This document shows positions 60,336 through 64,000 of a stretch of DNA of 64,000 nt, piece by piece. Each line of letters opens with the position of its first letter. Position 1 is the stretch's first letter. Location: positions 4,576,001 to 4,640,000 of the forward strand of contig CBDCJV010000002.1 of NCBI GenBank assembly GCA_965217895.1, read 5' to 3'. The stretch is from Waterburya sp. (GTDB taxonomy: Bacteria; Cyanobacteriota; Cyanobacteriia; Cyanobacteriales; Xenococcaceae). Both the position numbers and the translations under genes were made by a program. The notes under the pieces were generated by a model, which was given only the letters and a program-made list of their open reading frames with translations, made no database searches and was not told where the DNA came from.

Positions 60336-61236
60336 ACTTGTGAACCTGCGCTTTATCTAAAATAGGCTCTTGATGCCGTTGAGAATTCTGAGCCAAGATA
60401 CCGTACTTGGGTGCAAATACCATTGTCACAACAAATAGCACCGTCATTAGTACCACGATCGCGCCACCTGTAGATACGTCAAAATGGTAGCTAAGATAAG
60501 TCCCACCAACACAAGAAAAGACACTGGTAGCGATAGAAATCAAGAGCATATGGTCAAAGCGATTGGTTAACAGGTAAGCTGTCGATCCTGGAGTTACTAG
60601 CATGGCAATAACTAAAATAATACCTGCGGTTTGTAGTGCGGTGACGATGGTAAGAGCCAGTACTGAAAGCAGGGTATAGTACATAAATTGCGTGTTAAGA
60701 CCGATCGCTTTAGCGTGATTAGGGTCAAAACAGAACAGCAGCAGGTCTTTACGCCGTATCAAAATCACCACCAGAGTGATCGTACCAGCAATTAAGGTTT
60801 GAATAATATCTGACTGGGATATACCCAGCACGTTGCCAAACAAAATATGAAATAGATCGATATTACTAGGGATTTTAGTGACCAGCACCAAACCTAGGGC
60901 AAAAAAGCCAGTAAACACTACTCCAATAACGGCATCTTCTTTAAGGCGAGTTTTTGATTTGATATAGCCTATCGCCACCGTAGCCCCAAATCCAAAGACA
61001 AACGCCCCTATAGCAAAGGGAATATTGAGGGCATAGGCCACTACTACCCCAGGCACAACCGCATGGGAAACCGCATCTCCCATTAGTGACCAGCCTTTAA
61101 GGGTAATGTAGCAAGAAAGCACCGCACATACTAAACCGACAAAAGCACTAACCCAGATCGCCTGAACTAAAAACCCATACTGCAAGGGTTCAATTAGCCA
61201 GTCTACGAGGGGAATATTAGCAATTAAATTACTCAT
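60334..61236 (-). CDS. mntB: Mn ABC transporter permease
   Basis: [29 protein letters not shown]. Confidence 0.88.
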   Translation of the reverse strand: MSNLIANIPLVDWLIEPLQYGFLVQAIWVSAFVGLVCAVLSCYITLKGWSLMGDAVSHAVVPGVVVAYALNIPFAIGAFVFGFGATVAIGYIKSKTRLKEDAVIGVVFTGFFALGLVLVTKIPSNIDLFHILFGNVLGISQSDIIQTLIAGTITLVVILIRRKDLLLFCFDPNHAKAIGLNTQFMYYTLLSVLALTIVTALQTAGIILVIAMLVTPGSTAYLLTNRFDHMLLISIATSVFSCVGGTYLSYHFDVSTGGAIVVLMTVLFVVTMVFAPKYGILAQNSQRHQEPILDKAQVHK

Positions 61237-62020
61237 ACCTTGCCTCTACTTCAGAATTATGAAACATCTGACGTAAGCTATTAACTGGCAAACCGCCGAA
61301 GGTCATGGCTAAGTTTTCTTCGGTAAAGGTTTCTTCAGTTGTTCCAGAAGCAAGAATGGTTTGATTGAGAAGAATTGTGCGATCGCAAAAGGTGGAAATC
61401 GAGGCTAAATCGTGGGTGGATACCAAAATGGTGTGTCCTTCGTTCCGTAGTTGGATCAGCAGATCGATAATCCGTTTTTCTGTTTTAACATCTACTCCCG
61501 TAAAGGGTTCATCGAGTAAAATCACTTTTCCTTCTTGAGCCAATGCTCGCGCCAAAAATGCCCGTTTTTTCTGACCTCCAGACAGTTCACCGATTTGATG
61601 ATGGCGAAAATCAATCATGCCCACCCGTTCTAAACTTTCCATAACTAGCCGACGATCTTTAGCACTGGGAATACGCAGCAGGTTCATATAGCCGTAGCGT
61701 CCCATCATCACTACATCAAATACGCTGACAGGGAAATTCCAGTCCACTTCATCCGACTGAGGCACATACGCCATTAACTGTTTTTTCTGAGCTTTTTGCA
61801 CGGGCAGACCAGCAACGCGAATTTGTCCCTGGCTGGGTTTTAGAAATCCCATGATGGATTTGAATAAGGTAGACTTACCACTGCCGTTTGGTCCTACTAA
61901 AGCTGTGATGCTTCCTGGTTCTACAGTACAGCTAGCATTATAAAGAGCTAGTTTAGCATTGCTGTAGGTAACGCTAAGGTTGTTAACGCTGATATTGAGG
62001 GTTTGAGTTGCTGTTGGCAT
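61229..62020 (-). CDS. mntA: Mn ABC transporter ATP-binding protein
   Basis: [29 protein letters not shown]. Confidence 0.88.
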   Translation of the reverse strand: MPTATQTLNISVNNLSVTYSNAKLALYNASCTVEPGSITALVGPNGSGKSTLFKSIMGFLKPSQGQIRVAGLPVQKAQKKQLMAYVPQSDEVDWNFPVSVFDVVMMGRYGYMNLLRIPSAKDRRLVMESLERVGMIDFRHHQIGELSGGQKKRAFLARALAQEGKVILLDEPFTGVDVKTEKRIIDLLIQLRNEGHTILVSTHDLASISTFCDRTILLNQTILASGTTEETFTEENLAMTFGGLPVNSLRQMFHNSEVEARYE

Positions 62021-62034
62021 AATCTTTAAATTGT

Positions 62035-63033
62035 TTACTTATTGCTTTTACTTCCCGCCAGCAAACCATTACTAATCGTGCGGGCATCGTATTCGAGTAA
62101 ATCTAAATAGGTGGGAACTGGCCCCTCTTCTGTGGAAAGGGAATCTACATAGAGGTTGCCTCCAAACCTTGCCCCTGTGGTTTTAGCAACCTGTTTTTGC
62201 CCTTCATCGTTGACGGTGCTTTCACAAAAAACAGTCGCTACATCGTTGGCTTTGACTGACTCAATTACGCTCTGTAGCTGCTTGGGAGTGAACTGCTGTT
62301 CGGCATTGATCGGCCACATATAAATTTCTTTCAGGTTGTAGTCGCGAGTTAGATAAGAAAATGCCCCCTCGCAGCTTACTAAATAGCGTTGCTTTTCAGG
62401 TACTTGCTGCAAGTCCGTTTGTAGTTCTTCATCAATGGCTTTTAGTTTTTGGCTATATGCCTTTGCATTGGCATTGTAAGTGTCGGCGTTGGCCGGATCT
62501 AGTTTTACAAAGGCTTGACGAATATTTTCCACGTAGGTCAGTGCATTTTTAGCTGACATCCAGGCGTGGGGATTAGGTTTATCTTCGTATGGTCCTTCGA
62601 CTATGGGAATTGGCTTAATTCCTTCTGTCAGTACCACCGAGGGAACATCCTTGGCATTACCTAAAAACTGCTCAAACCAACGTTCTAAACCCATGCCGTT
62701 GTACAGAATCAGGTCGGCATTCTGGGCTTTTACTATGTCGCTAGGTGTAGGTTCATAGCCGTGAATTTCCGCGCCAACGCGAGTAATCGATTCTACATTC
62801 AGCTTGTCCCCTGCCACATTTTGAGCAATGTCTGCCAGGACGGTAAAGGTGGTGAGGACTTTCTTTTTACCTTTGGTGTCTGCTGATGAGTCGGCAGCAG
62901 CGTCAGTCGCCTTTGTATTACTTGATGTAGCTGTTGACGAAGTTTCTCCTATCCCATTACAGCCAGCAATCCACATCCCTAGGGTTATGCTAAAGAATAA
63001 GATAATACCTCGTCTCAAAGTAATTTCAGTCAT
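62035..63033 (-). CDS. mntC: Mn ABC transporter substrate-binding lipoprotein
   Basis: Lipobox IAG-C; EIHGYEP, NPHAW, SCEGAF, YVDSL metal ligands. Confidence 0.9.
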   Translation of the reverse strand: MTEITLRRGIILFFSITLGMWIAGCNGIGETSSTATSSNTKATDAAADSSADTKGKKKVLTTFTVLADIAQNVAGDKLNVESITRVGAEIHGYEPTPSDIVKAQNADLILYNGMGLERWFEQFLGNAKDVPSVVLTEGIKPIPIVEGPYEDKPNPHAWMSAKNALTYVENIRQAFVKLDPANADTYNANAKAYSQKLKAIDEELQTDLQQVPEKQRYLVSCEGAFSYLTRDYNLKEIYMWPINAEQQFTPKQLQSVIESVKANDVATVFCESTVNDEGQKQVAKTTGARFGGNLYVDSLSTEEGPVPTYLDLLEYDARTISNGLLAGSKSNK

Positions 63034-63049
63034 AGAAAAATAAGTAAAC

Positions 63050-63093
63050 CTTATTTCATAATTTTATCATAATTATTTCATATTTTTATCATA
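63050..63093 (-). promoter_or_regulatory. ManR-type operator, four 11-bp direct repeats
   Basis: Minus strand TATGATAAAAA TATGAAATAAT TATGATAAAAT TATGAAATAAG just upstream of mntC; resembles the recalled TATGA-N6-TATGA ManR site. Confidence 0.8.
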
Positions 63094-63272
63094 GTTAAGT
63101 AATCTCAATCGCTTGAAGGTAGTAGTCTGATTTACCAACATCTTTTGGATAAAGACCTGTAATTCATTTTGTTCTTCAGGCTTGATAAACTACAAAAAGT
63201 TGTCCATGGTGCCGGCTAGAAATCTATCTGCGATCTTTAGCCGCTGAAATTGTAGCTACTTGAAAATTTATA

Positions 63273-63563
63273 TAAGTGGTCAAGCAAAATTAATTACACT
63301 GGTAAATAGAAAGTCAAAACGAGAGTGAAAAGAGTGCATTTAGAGGGAAAACTGAGTTCAGAAACAGTCAAAATATTATGGCGATTGTATCGTCAACACC
63401 GCGATTAGAGATGCTTTCTGACCGAAAGCCTCTCTCGCGGCCAAAGTAAAAACTATCAAGTAAGAGCTAGAGCGCACTGTAAGTGCCTAAACAAAATTGA
63501 TTACACATTTAACTTTCCCTTTTCCCGATCTCAACTAGGAAATTAATCTTGCACACCTACTTA
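63273..63563. mobile_element. MITE related to the TAAGTAGG family
   Basis: TAAGTGGTCAAGCAAAATTAATT ... AATTAATCTTGCACACCTACTTA. Confidence 0.65.
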
Positions 63564-63574
63564 AAGGTATTGGA

Positions 63575-64000
63575 CTAAAACAAGAAATAACGTTGCGCCA
63601 TCGGTAAAACTTTTGCAGGTTCGCAGGTTAATAGTTCCCCATCTGCTTTAACTTCATAGGTTTCGGGATTGACTTCAATATTGAGCAAGGCATCATTGAG
63701 TTTCATATCTGTCTTACCTATATTGCGGGTATTGCTAACTGCTACGGCTGGGGTTTTGATGCCAATTTGTTCAGGAATATCTGCATCCAGTGCAGCTTGA
63801 GAAACAAAGGTTAAAGAAGTCGCAGCAGTTGCACCGCCAAAGCTACCAAACATAGGACGCATATATACAGGTTGGGGAGTAGGAATACTGGCATTAGGAT
63901 CTCCCATTTGCGCCCAAGCGATCACACCACCTTTAACTACTATCTCTGGTTTTACACCAAACATAGCGGGTTTCCACAGGCAGATATCGGCTAGTTTACC
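63575..64000 (-). CDS. ureC: Urease subunit alpha, 3' part (5' end off the window)
   Basis: [18 protein letters not shown]...[13 protein letters not shown]...[10 protein letters not shown]. Confidence 0.97.
   Translation of the reverse strand, partial: GKLADICLWKPAMFGVKPEIVVKGGVIAWAQMGDPNASIPTPQPVYMRPMFGSFGGATAATSLTFVSQAALDADIPEQIGIKTPAVAVSNTRNIGKTDMKLNDALLNIEVNPETYEVKADGELLTCEPAKVLPMAQRYFLF

Noticed and set aside
63095..63230. Possible decayed gene fragment upstream of mntC (TGLYPKDVGKSDYYLQAIEIT*)
   Set aside because: Too short and interrupted by stops to assign.
1..64000. High density of GCGATCGC
   Set aside because: This is HIP1, a well-known cyanobacterial feature; used only as a taxonomic and amelioration marker.

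Overview
AT-rich cyanobacterial chromosome segment with many HIP1 sites (GCGATCGC) and psbB/psbT; a Pleurocapsales-like origin is my inference. Most genes are housekeeping or conserved cyanobacterial genes: trmB (partial), rpsD, moaA, ycf46, murQ, ndhV, apt, tolC, murD, metK, rps1, nrdR, psbT, psbB, rnhA, mntCAB with a ManR box, and ureC (partial). I see no rRNA, tRNA, CRISPR array or transposase. The most striking element is 54765..55424, which resembles eukaryotic phosphatidylinositol synthase (PIS1/CDIPT) along its whole length rather than bacterial PgsA, although phosphatidylinositol is not a canonical cyanobacterial lipid. Other notable items are two paralogous uncharacterised coiled-coil proteins, two DUF3038+DUF4335 gene pairs, an orphan M.HaeIII-like methyltransferase and a frameshifted acidic tail on rps1. 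There is also a dense set of non-autonomous mobile elements: several MITE families with 5-, 7- and 8-bp target duplications, and tiny GC-rich repeats that nest in each other and have entered the glucoamylase and nrdR coding sequences. All family assignments come from recalled motifs, not database searches.
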